The position numbers and the translations under genes were made by a program. A stretch of 64,000 bases of DNA from Candidatus Agathobaculum pullistercoris (GTDB taxonomy: Bacteria > Bacillota > Clostridia > Oscillospirales > Butyricicoccaceae): the NCBI GenBank assembly GCA_019114345.1, contig DXFS01000019.1, positions 6,989-70,988 of the forward strand, written 5' to 3'. This document shows, one piece after another, positions 45,942 to 54,751 of the stretch. The notes below the pieces were generated by a model. The model ran no database searches. It was given only the letters and a program-made list of their open reading frames with translations, and was not told the DNA's origin. Numbering within the stretch: position 1 is the first letter of the stretch; every line of letters begins with the position of its first letter.

Positions 45942-47999
45942 GTGCTGATCCCGCGCAAGCTGGATGACCAGCGTTTTGAAGATATCCTGCACGAGGCGGT
46001 CGGCCGCCTGCCGTGGCTGTGTCCGCAGTGGACGGATCATAACGCCCATGACCCGGGCATCACGATCCTGGAGCTGATGGCCTGGTATAAGGAAATGCAG
46101 CAGTACCAGATGGACCAGCTCACCCCCTCCCTCCGGCGGGGCCTGCTGGCGCTTGCCGGGGTGCGCCCGGCGCTGCCGCAGCCGGCAGTCTGCGCGCTGG
46201 AGACAGACACTGCGCAGGAGCGGCCCGCACTCAGCCGGCTGACCAGCCGGCAGGAGGTATGCTTCGAGCTGCTTGAGCCGGTCGTCCAGCGCCGCACGGT
46301 GCTTGAGCGCGTGCAGATCGAGCAGGAGGACAGTCGCACAGATGTGACCGACCTGCTGGCAGGACGCATGGAACTCAGGCCCTTTGTATTCAGCGGACAG
46401 CGCGGCAGCGTGCTGCGGCTGGGCTTTTCCGGTGAGCCGGGGCAGGAGCTGCGGCTGTGGTTCGATATCACGCCGCCGATGGGGGCGGAGCGCAACCCGT
46501 TTGCCCCGGATCAGGATCCGCCGCGGGAAATTGCGTGGACTTTTGAAGGGTCAGCGTCGGTACAGCCGCTGTCCGATGAAACCTATGCGTTCAGCCGGAG
46601 CGGCTATGTGCGCCTTGCCGCGCCGGAGGACTGGCCCGCGGATGCGGATGGACTGCGCTGGCTGCGGCTGGCGCTCGCGCGTGCGGGCTGCGAGGAGCAG
46701 CCGCGGCTGTGCGGCGTCTCCGACCGACGGTACCAGGCGGCGCAGCAGCAGACCCGCGCCCGCAGCCACTGGTTCACCGTAGAGGCCGGGGCCGGGCAGC
46801 GTGTTGCGCTCGAGGATGCGCTTGCCCGCACGGCGGAGCTCGCGGTGTTCCGGCGCACGGCGCAGGGCTGGGAACAGCTCGCGCAGTATCAGGAGGAAAT
46901 CAGCGGGCAGGCGCGCGCCCTGGTGCTGGACGCGCAGGGCGTAGCTGCGGACGGCGAAGCCAATATACTGGTGGTCTGCCTGGACCCGGTCAGGGTGCAT
47001 GACCTGCTGTTTGATACAATGGGCCGGCCGGGGGAGGAGCTGTACCTCAACTTGGACGGGCAGACCGTGCTCCCGCAGCACTTCCGCCTGCTCTGCCAGA
47101 CACTCGAACCGGACGGCGCGGTCCGCCCGGCAGTGTGGCACTGTGTGGACGATCTGTATGCCTGCGGTCCGCGCGACCGGGTGTTTGCCTACGACCCGGT
47201 GCGGGAGACGATCTCCTTCGGCAACGGGCAGTATGGTGCGATGGTTGTGCCGGGCAAGGGTTCTGTGCTGGTGATGGATTTGGTGGTGTCCCAGTGCAGC
47301 ATGGGTAACATCCCGGCAGATGTCGGCCTGTATTTCGAGGACGGCGGGCAACCGGCCGGCAATACCGCCGCCTGCGGCGGGCAGGACGGCGAGTCCCTTG
47401 CAGAGGCGGGGCAGCGGCTGCTGCGGCAGCTGCGCCACACGGGCAAGTGCCTCTCCGCTGCCGATTATGAGGAACAGGCGCGGCGGACGCCCGGCCTGCG
47501 TGTTGCGGCGGCGAAAGCCCTGCCGGACTATGACCCGCAGGCGCCGGTAGGCGCGCGCGGTCGCGCGATGGTGACCGTGGTGGTGCTCCCGGCTTCAGAG
47601 GAAAAACGGCCTGCGCCGGATGCGCGCTTTCTGGCGGCGGTATCCCGCCAGCTGGAACGGCACCGGACGATCGGCGTGCGCACGCAGGTGATCGGCCCGC
47701 GGTATGTGGACGTTGATATAGCGGTGCAGGTGCGCACCAACGGGACGCTGGAGGGACAGACGGTTGTATCTGCCCTGGAAGCGTGCCTGTCGGTCGAGCG
47801 GGCCGATATCGGTGCACCGGTGCGCCGGAACGATATTCTGGCGCTGCTGCAAAAGCTGCCCGGTGTGCTGGAAGTACAGCGGCTGGAGCTGCGCGGCGCG
47901 GGGCAGAATGTGTACCAGACTGCGGCGGGCGACATCCGCGTGCCGCCGGATGCGGTTGCCGTTCTGCGGCGCGCGGATGTGGAGCTGGTCCGCATATAG
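45942..47999 (+). CDS. second baseplate J-like wedge protein
   Basis: LDDQRF, PQWTDHNAHDPGITILEL, SFGNG, GGQDGE, DYE. Confidence 0.92.
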   Translation: MLIPRKLDDQRFEDILHEAVGRLPWLCPQWTDHNAHDPGITILELMAWYKEMQQYQMDQLTPSLRRGLLALAGVRPALPQPAVCALETDTAQERPALSRLTSRQEVCFELLEPVVQRRTVLERVQIEQEDSRTDVTDLLAGRMELRPFVFSGQRGSVLRLGFSGEPGQELRLWFDITPPMGAERNPFAPDQDPPREIAWTFEGSASVQPLSDETYAFSRSGYVRLAAPEDWPADADGLRWLRLALARAGCEEQPRLCGVSDRRYQAAQQQTRARSHWFTVEAGAGQRVALEDALARTAELAVFRRTAQGWEQLAQYQEEISGQARALVLDAQGVAADGEANILVVCLDPVRVHDLLFDTMGRPGEELYLNLDGQTVLPQHFRLLCQTLEPDGAVRPAVWHCVDDLYACGPRDRVFAYDPVRETISFGNGQYGAMVVPGKGSVLVMDLVVSQCSMGNIPADVGLYFEDGGQPAGNTAACGGQDGESLAEAGQRLLRQLRHTGKCLSAADYEEQARRTPGLRVAAAKALPDYDPQAPVGARGRAMVTVVVLPASEEKRPAPDARFLAAVSRQLERHRTIGVRTQVIGPRYVDVDIAVQVRTNGTLEGQTVVSALEACLSVERADIGAPVRRNDILALLQKLPGVLEVQRLELRGAGQNVYQTAAGDIRVPPDAVAVLRRADVELVRI

Positions 48000-48031
48000 C
48001 GGCCGCCAAGATCCCGTAAAGGAGGGAAAAC

Positions 48032-49129
48032 GTGAGCGCGATTCAGGATTTCATGACATTATGCTGCCGTGAGCAGTGGCGGAACGGGCTGTTCCACCAT
48101 GTTTCATGCGAGGGCGATGTACTGGCGCTGCAGCCGCAGCACCATACCGGAGCGTTCTGCCTGCCGCCCGTGGACAGCGGGGAGAAGGGTTTTGCGTGGA
48201 GCAGGCTGATCGTGGACGCTGAGCTGCCGCAGGACAGCGGGCTGCGCATTTATACCCGCTGCGCGGACGAGCCGGACTGGAAGGCATGGGAGGAGCTGCG
48301 GGCAGCCTTTGCCGCGCAGGAGGAGGAAAATCCCCTGCCGCTGCTGCGCCGCTGCTACGGAACGCCTGAGCCGTCCGGCACGGACTGCTGGCTTTCCGGA
48401 ACCGGCCGCTACCTTTGGGTCGCGTTTGAGCTGACGGCAACCGGGGCGTGCATGCCTTCCGTCACAGCGCTGCACCTGCGCATGGGCGGCGACCACATGC
48501 TCGACTATCTGCCGTCGATCTACCGGGGAGACGATTTCACCCGGCGCTATCTTTCCATTTACAACAGCATGTTTCAGGATATGGAGGATGCGGTGGAGGC
48601 CCTGCCGCGGCAGCTGGACGCGGCAAGCGCATCGGATGAAATGCTGGGCTGCCTGGCGCAGTGGGTGTGCATCGAGCCGGGGGAAAAGGATGTGCGTGCG
48701 CGTATCCGTACCGCGCTCGGTGACTTTGAATCCATGTATACCGTGGAAGGGGTCAAGCGCAGTGTATACCGCCTGACCGGACGGATGCCGCTGATTATAG
48801 AACACTTTTCGGTAGACCCCAACCGGGCGGACTGCCGGAACCCTGTGCTGTACCGCAAGCTGTACGGCGATAACCCCTACCGCTTTTTCATCCTGCTGGA
48901 TGAGAATGCCTTTGCCAGCCGCGACCGGATGGAATGGTTCCTGACGCGGATGCAGGACCTGATCCCGGCGGGAACAGAGCTGGAATTGGTAATGCTCAAG
49001 CAATGCGTGCAGCTGGACTGGCACACCTATTTGGGCGTGAACTCACGCGTGGGCAGCTATATCCCTGCGGTGATCGACGAAAACGTCACGATTCATTATG
49101 ATACAACGATCGGAGGAGCCACAACATGA
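48032..49129 (+). CDS. P2 gpI-like baseplate/tail protein
   Basis: YLPSIYR...FTRRYLSIY, LAQWV, TVEGV, IPAGT. Confidence 0.85.
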   Translation: MSAIQDFMTLCCREQWRNGLFHHVSCEGDVLALQPQHHTGAFCLPPVDSGEKGFAWSRLIVDAELPQDSGLRIYTRCADEPDWKAWEELRAAFAAQEEENPLPLLRRCYGTPEPSGTDCWLSGTGRYLWVAFELTATGACMPSVTALHLRMGGDHMLDYLPSIYRGDDFTRRYLSIYNSMFQDMEDAVEALPRQLDAASASDEMLGCLAQWVCIEPGEKDVRARIRTALGDFESMYTVEGVKRSVYRLTGRMPLIIEHFSVDPNRADCRNPVLYRKLYGDNPYRFFILLDENAFASRDRMEWFLTRMQDLIPAGTELELVMLKQCVQLDWHTYLGVNSRVGSYIPAVIDENVTIHYDTTIGGATT

Positions 49130-50907
49130 GCAATGCTGATTTTTTCCCCATGGAGCGGAACCGGTATTTTTACGGAAAGCTGCTGACCGTGCGCGATTTT
49201 GAGATCGAGCAGCACTATAACCGCAGCAAAACCCAGCTGTTCAACCGGCTGCGCTTTGGCGCGGGCGTGGTGTGCGGCCTTGGCGTTGCGGCGAGCGACG
49301 ATACGACCCTGCTGATCGAAAGCGGCATGGCGCTGGATTACCAGGGACGCATGATCGTGCTTGAGGAACCCATGCTGCGCAAGCTGCAGATGATCGAGGG
49401 ACAGGAAGAGCTGCTCGGGCAGAGCACCGGCTACCTCTGTATGACCTATGACGAGACCGATATCGAGCCGGTCAATGCGGTGGGCGCAGATACAGGCGAG
49501 AGCCGGCAGTTCAATATGACGCGCGAGGGCTGCCGCGTGTACCTGACCGCCCAGCCGCCCGAATACCAGGGCCTGCTGGAGGCCTCCGGGCGCGAGAATG
49601 TGACCGTGCTGTATGCCTCGAACGAGCTGACGCTCGTGCTGTCCGTGCCGTCCAATGTATGCAGCGGACAGGAATTTGAGGTACAGATGCTGGTGGTCAA
49701 AAACGAAAAGACGCCGCCTGTCCACTTCCGTCTGGACGGCGAGAGCGCATTTGTAGAAAGCGAAAACGGCCGCGTGTGCATGGAGTTCAGTGAAAGCCCG
49801 GAGGAAAAGCGCCGCGTCTATACGGCGGTGTTTACGCTCCGCGCACGCCAGCTGCGCGATGTGGACAGCCAGCTGTTCCCCTCCGGCGGCGAGCTTGACC
49901 TGGAACTGGGCAGCCACCGGTATAAGAACTACATAGAGGTCGAGGCCAAGGTGCACCTGTGCAGCGATCAGGCGGATATGGATGCGCGCGTGCGCACGGC
50001 GGACAATCTGGACCGCCGCCTGCTCGGCCGCGACATCCCGATCTATCTGGCAAAGCTTGAGCTGATCAACTCATCGGGCGGCGTGTTCCTGAGCGGCGTG
50101 ACCAATCTGCCGTTCGGACAGGCGCTCGGCCGCCAGGCCGGGCAGGCCATCGGGGGTGGCGGGCCGCAGTCGGTCACGACCTCGGTGCGCAGTCTGGAGT
50201 ACTGGCAGAAGCCAGACGTCAAAGCGGTCTATCAGGCGGCGACCGGGGCGCTCCATTTCGATTTCGGCATCCCGTCCCCGGAACAGTATGATTATGCGGT
50301 CGCACACGGCACGGTGGACCTGACCCTGCCGGGCGGCATCCGCGTCAACAGCCGCGTCTACTCGGACGAGATCGCGCACGGGCTGGGGCCCGGTGCGGTG
50401 GATATCCGCCTGAGCGTGGAATTCGAGGACAGGGCAAACGAGGGCGAGACAGCGCTGCTGTACGGCAACAGCGAGGTGTTCAAGGGCAAGAATGCGCCGG
50501 GGACGCCGCCCTGGGCGGAAGCCGCTGCGCTGGTCTATCCGGAGCGCGGCACCATGCGCATCGGCCTGTGGCTGCATGACAGCGTGGACGGCAACCGCCT
50601 GACCGTGCATTATTTCGCGCAGAAGCCCGAGCGGGACACCAGCCGCATTCTGGCGCAGCGCAAGGTGAGCATCAGCGTCACGCCGGAGTTTTCGCGTGTC
50701 AGCTGCCGCGGCACGCTGCGCTTTGAAGCCGATGTGGTCGGCAGCGAGGATAAGAGCGTGCGCTGGCAGGTGCGTGAGGAGAACGGCGGCGTGATCGACC
50801 GCAACGGCATCTATCAGGCGCCCGAGCTGGCAGGTACCTATGAGATCATCGCTACCGCGGGCGTGGATGAGACGGTGACGGCAAGCGCGTTCGTCATTGT
50901 GGAGTAA
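49126..50907 (+). CDS. tail fibre/shoulder protein (Afp13-like N-terminus) with C-terminal Ig-like domain
   Basis: RNRYFYGKLLTVRDFEIEQ.Y...GVVCGL...GMALD..GR.I; C-terminal VRW...GVIDRNGIYQAP...GTYEIIAT. Confidence 0.85.
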   Translation: MSNADFFPMERNRYFYGKLLTVRDFEIEQHYNRSKTQLFNRLRFGAGVVCGLGVAASDDTTLLIESGMALDYQGRMIVLEEPMLRKLQMIEGQEELLGQSTGYLCMTYDETDIEPVNAVGADTGESRQFNMTREGCRVYLTAQPPEYQGLLEASGRENVTVLYASNELTLVLSVPSNVCSGQEFEVQMLVVKNEKTPPVHFRLDGESAFVESENGRVCMEFSESPEEKRRVYTAVFTLRARQLRDVDSQLFPSGGELDLELGSHRYKNYIEVEAKVHLCSDQADMDARVRTADNLDRRLLGRDIPIYLAKLELINSSGGVFLSGVTNLPFGQALGRQAGQAIGGGGPQSVTTSVRSLEYWQKPDVKAVYQAATGALHFDFGIPSPEQYDYAVAHGTVDLTLPGGIRVNSRVYSDEIAHGLGPGAVDIRLSVEFEDRANEGETALLYGNSEVFKGKNAPGTPPWAEAAALVYPERGTMRIGLWLHDSVDGNRLTVHYFAQKPERDTSRILAQRKVSISVTPEFSRVSCRGTLRFEADVVGSEDKSVRWQVREENGGVIDRNGIYQAPELAGTYEIIATAGVDETVTASAFVIVE

Positions 50908-50934
50908 AGGAAAAAGACGGGAAAGGAGGGGCGC

Positions 50935-51663
50935 ATGGAAACAGTAATGGTACGCGGGCGGTATAAGATCGTTCGCGTGTTGGAGGCGGGAAACGATTAT
51001 GCCTTTGCGGAGGCCGTGGATATCACGGAGCGTGAAACCCCTGTGCGCCTGCTCAATATCTATGAGGGGACATGGCTGCCCATCTATGCGCGGATCTTCT
51101 CCGAGATAAGGGATTGCCCGGCCTTCTGCGAGGCGTTCCTGGCGGAGGAGAGCCTGGCTGCGGTGTTCCTGCCCTGCGGCGGCGTGCCGATTGACCGCGT
51201 GTTTTACCGCGGCGCCGACTGGCCGTGGCGCGACCGGCTGGAATTTACCGAGCAGCTGCTGCATCAGGCGCTGGCCATGGCAAACCTGCCGCCGGCGGTC
51301 AGCTGCGCGGCGCTGCTGGCAGATAATGTGCGGGTGGATGTAGACGAAAAGCGCATTTCGCTGCGGTTCCGCATCCGTCCAATGGAGGATATGAACGCGC
51401 GCGAGCTGGCGCTGCTCGCCTCCGACCATGCGCGCAAGATCCTGGCGCCCCGGTTCCGGCAGGGGGATGCGGAATATGCATTCTGCCGTCGGCTGGAGCG
51501 GGGGGAGTTCCTGTCCATCGTCCTGCTGTACGCGGGCTGGCACAGGGCGATGGAGGAGATCAGGGCGGAATACGAAGCGCTCGACCGGAAAAATGCGTTC
51601 AAGCGCTGGTTTACATTCCTGTGGAAAAATGTGAAGAGGTTCTTCAGAAAAAACCGGAGGTAA
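50935..51663 (+). CDS. kinase-fold-like protein lacking catalytic motifs (candidate pseudokinase)
   Basis: GRYKIVRVLEAG...AVD N-lobe and L..DNV.V; no VAIK, HRD or DFG; basic amphipathic C-terminus. Confidence 0.55.
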   Translation: METVMVRGRYKIVRVLEAGNDYAFAEAVDITERETPVRLLNIYEGTWLPIYARIFSEIRDCPAFCEAFLAEESLAAVFLPCGGVPIDRVFYRGADWPWRDRLEFTEQLLHQALAMANLPPAVSCAALLADNVRVDVDEKRISLRFRIRPMEDMNARELALLASDHARKILAPRFRQGDAEYAFCRRLERGEFLSIVLLYAGWHRAMEEIRAEYEALDRKNAFKRWFTFLWKNVKRFFRKNRR

Positions 51664-51667
51664 GGCT

Positions 51668-54262
51668 GTGGGTGCGGCACGAAACAAGATATCATTTATA
51701 ATTATCGGCGTATTGGCCGCGTTTGTGCTGGCGCTGTTTTTTCAGCCGCTCGCGGCGGACTGTGTGTCCGTTCTGGCGAACGGCTGGGGGACAAGGCGGT
51801 ACCTTGCTGCGGCGGCAGGCGGTGAGTCGGTCGCGGCGGTCAGCCGCGAGGACGAGGCCTTCCGCGTGACGACGGGCACGCTGGACGGCAGGCGCACGGA
51901 CGAGTGGACGGTGCATTTGCCGGTTTCGGCAGAAACATGTACGGTCGCCGGGCTGTATCCGGCGGCAGACGGGGCGGTGTGGCTCGGCGTTTATGAGCCG
52001 GCGGACAGCGCGTCGGAAAACCTGACGGTTTACCGCATACCGGCTGACGGGGAGACAGAACGCCTGCTCGTGTACCCCTGCTCCGGTGAAACGGCTGCAG
52101 AGCGCAGGCAGGGGACGTTCCTGTCCAGCTTCAGCGAGCAGGACGGCGAGGTCCGGTTTGCGCTGGTAGACGACGGCACGGCGCAGGTATACCGCTACGG
52201 CGGCGCGGGAAGCGGGCTGCAGCAGGGCGAAATACAGCCTGCCTATGATGCGTCCACGGCAGCCGTGCTGGCGGATGGGAGCATCGCGCTCGGCGGCACG
52301 GAGTGGCTGGAGCTGGATGGGAGAAGCGTGGACTTTTCCCTGGACAACTGCATAGTGACGAATTTGACACAGGTTGGCGCGGGTCTTTTTTACATAGACG
52401 GTGCCAGCCTAAAGGTGTTTTATTGCGACCTGACCGGGACCGAGTGCGCAGAGGTGTTTGACCTGGGGCGCAGCACGGCGCTGGACGGGCTGAACAGCCT
52501 GTCGATCGGCCGGGACGGCAGCGTACTGCTGCTGCGCGACGGGCATACGCTGGAACTGGTGACAGAAAGCCGCACGGTTTCGCTGAACAGCGTGCTGTAC
52601 CGCTCCGGGGCAGCCGGTATTGCGATCCTGGCTGGCCTGCTGATCGGCTGGCTGCTGGTGACCGCGCTTATCTGGTATCTGCTGTGCGGACGGCGGCGCA
52701 GCTATCTGCCGCTGGCGGTCGGCGCAGGCGGCAAGCTGGCTGTGTGCGCGCTGGTGATCGGCGCGCTGGTGAGCGGGCTTGTGGTCAGGCCGATGGTGCG
52801 CAGCAACATGGCGCGCGAGGTGGAAAACGTGCTGGCAGGCGCTGCCGTACTGGCGGCGGACAGCGGCGTATCGGCCGAAGAACTGCCTGCGCAGATCGTG
52901 GACAGCCTAACGGCGCTGTCCTCAGGCGATTATGCAGCGGTGACAGCTGCGGTTTATGAACAGAGCGGTGACGGCTGGCTGGTACGCGGCGACAGCGGCA
53001 CGCTGCCGGCAGGGAGCCGGGCGGCGCTTTCGCCGGGCTTTTCCGAAACGCTTGCACAGCAGGCGGTGCAGGACGGCAGTGCCTTTTCGCAGGAAGGGAA
53101 CACCTTCCGGCTCTGCCTGTACCGCGACGGGCAGGTGCTTTATGTGATGGTTGCGGACGGCGCGCTGGGCGCGCGTCTGGACGCCGGTATTTCGCGCAGC
53201 GTGTCCGGCCTGTGGGCGGGCATCGCGCTGCTTTGGGCGGCGGCGGTGATCACGTTGCTGCTGGTTGGACGCAACCTCGGGCGCGTCGGCCGTGCGATGG
53301 AGCAGCTGTCCGGCGGGGATATGGAGACGCGGCTCGCCCTGTCCACAGGGGATGAGGTAGAGGCGCTGGCCACATCGTTCAACAGTATGGCACGCGCCAT
53401 GCAGCGGCAGGAGGACAACCTCGCCGGGCTGATCCGTGCCTATCTGCGGTTCGTGCCCGAGCGCGTGCTGGCGCTGCTGGGGAAGGAATCCGTCCTCGAT
53501 GTCGACAAACGGACGTTTGCCGCGCGGCGCATGTCTGCGATGATGGTATGGTTCGAGTTCCCGGAACGGGTGTATGACAACTCCACGCGCGCCCTGTTTG
53601 AAAGCATCAATGAAGTGATCGAGCGGACTGCTGCGATCGTAGCGCGCAAGGGCGGCACGGTGTTCAACTTTGCCTATAACGGCTATGACGTTGTACTGGA
53701 CGGCGGGGAGGCCGAGGCGGTCAGCACGGCGGTAGCCGTACAGCAGGAGGTGCTCTCGCTCAACGAGCAGCGCGCGATCGACGGCCTGCCGACGGTCACG
53801 CTCCGCATTGCGCTGGATGTTGGCGAAGTGATGATCGGCATTGTCGGCGACGAGAACCAGATGGAACCAGCCACGATTTCATCGAGCTTTACGACGGCGC
53901 GCCACCTGATCGGCCTGGCAGGGAGGCTCGAGGCCGGTATCCTGTGCACCGAGAATGTGATCGCGGGTGCAGCGGGCTACGGAAGCCGCTATATGGGCAA
54001 GACCCGGCAGGGAGACGACATGCTTCGCGTTTATGAGATATTCGACGGGGATCCGTACGGCATACGCCGGGGCAAGGAGACATCCGGCCGGCAGTTCTCG
54101 CAGGGCGTATTCGCGCTGTACAGCCACGATTTTGCGGCAGCCAAGCGGATCTTCCTCGAGTTGGTGCACGACCATCCGGGCGACGGCGGAGCGCGGTATT
54201 ACCTGTATCTGGCCGACCGGCTTGCGGGACAGCCGGATCAGGAAGTCAGCCTGGAAGATTGA
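51668..54262 (+). CDS. multi-pass membrane sensor with HAMP and degenerate class III nucleotide cyclase domain
   Basis: TMs; GDEVEALATSFNSM HAMP; YLRFVPE..L.LLG, GEVMIGIVG, VYEIFDGD. Confidence 0.82.
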   Translation: MGAARNKISFIIIGVLAAFVLALFFQPLAADCVSVLANGWGTRRYLAAAAGGESVAAVSREDEAFRVTTGTLDGRRTDEWTVHLPVSAETCTVAGLYPAADGAVWLGVYEPADSASENLTVYRIPADGETERLLVYPCSGETAAERRQGTFLSSFSEQDGEVRFALVDDGTAQVYRYGGAGSGLQQGEIQPAYDASTAAVLADGSIALGGTEWLELDGRSVDFSLDNCIVTNLTQVGAGLFYIDGASLKVFYCDLTGTECAEVFDLGRSTALDGLNSLSIGRDGSVLLLRDGHTLELVTESRTVSLNSVLYRSGAAGIAILAGLLIGWLLVTALIWYLLCGRRRSYLPLAVGAGGKLAVCALVIGALVSGLVVRPMVRSNMAREVENVLAGAAVLAADSGVSAEELPAQIVDSLTALSSGDYAAVTAAVYEQSGDGWLVRGDSGTLPAGSRAALSPGFSETLAQQAVQDGSAFSQEGNTFRLCLYRDGQVLYVMVADGALGARLDAGISRSVSGLWAGIALLWAAAVITLLLVGRNLGRVGRAMEQLSGGDMETRLALSTGDEVEALATSFNSMARAMQRQEDNLAGLIRAYLRFVPERVLALLGKESVLDVDKRTFAARRMSAMMVWFEFPERVYDNSTRALFESINEVIERTAAIVARKGGTVFNFAYNGYDVVLDGGEAEAVSTAVAVQQEVLSLNEQRAIDGLPTVTLRIALDVGEVMIGIVGDENQMEPATISSSFTTARHLIGLAGRLEAGILCTENVIAGAAGYGSRYMGKTRQGDDMLRVYEIFDGDPYGIRRGKETSGRQFSQGVFALYSHDFAAAKRIFLELVHDHPGDGGARYYLYLADRLAGQPDQEVSLED

Positions 54263-54285
54263 GGGCGGACAGGAGGCCTGCATAA

Positions 54286-54705
54286 ATGGGATTGACACAG
54301 CTTGATATCATCCGGAAACAGATCGAGTCCGCTGCGAAAAACCGCGCCGCGGGCGAGGCGGCAAAGCTGCGGCGGAAAACCAGCCTGATCGGGGAGATCA
54401 GCCGGTTGACCGGCAAGGCAAACCGAACGATTGACCAGGCGGGGCGCGAAGCGGTGCGCTGGCGCGCAGGCCGCCGGCCGGATGTTCTGGAAGATGAGAC
54501 GGAATGGGATGAGCCGGATGAAGGCGCGGAGGCACCGCACATCTGTGCGGACGGCTATGTGCGCCGCTCGCCCGAGCAGCCGCTGTATACGCCGCCGGAC
54601 TACCGGCGCAGGCTGCTGCGCCGGGCCGCGGGAATTGCAGTAGCCGTGCTGCTGGCGCTGGCTGTGCTGTGGCTGCTGGTCCATTATTCCGTTCTAAGCA
54701 TTTGA
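54286..54705 (+). CDS. small protein with C-terminal membrane anchor
   Basis: AGGAGG RBS; GYVRRSP.QP; one C-terminal TM. Confidence 0.72.
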   Translation: MGLTQLDIIRKQIESAAKNRAAGEAAKLRRKTSLIGEISRLTGKANRTIDQAGREAVRWRAGRRPDVLEDETEWDEPDEGAEAPHICADGYVRRSPEQPLYTPPDYRRRLLRRAAGIAVAVLLALAVLWLLVHYSVLSI

Positions 54706-54751
54706 GGCACATACCGCGTAAGCGGTCCATATATCTGGGGAGGAACACGTT

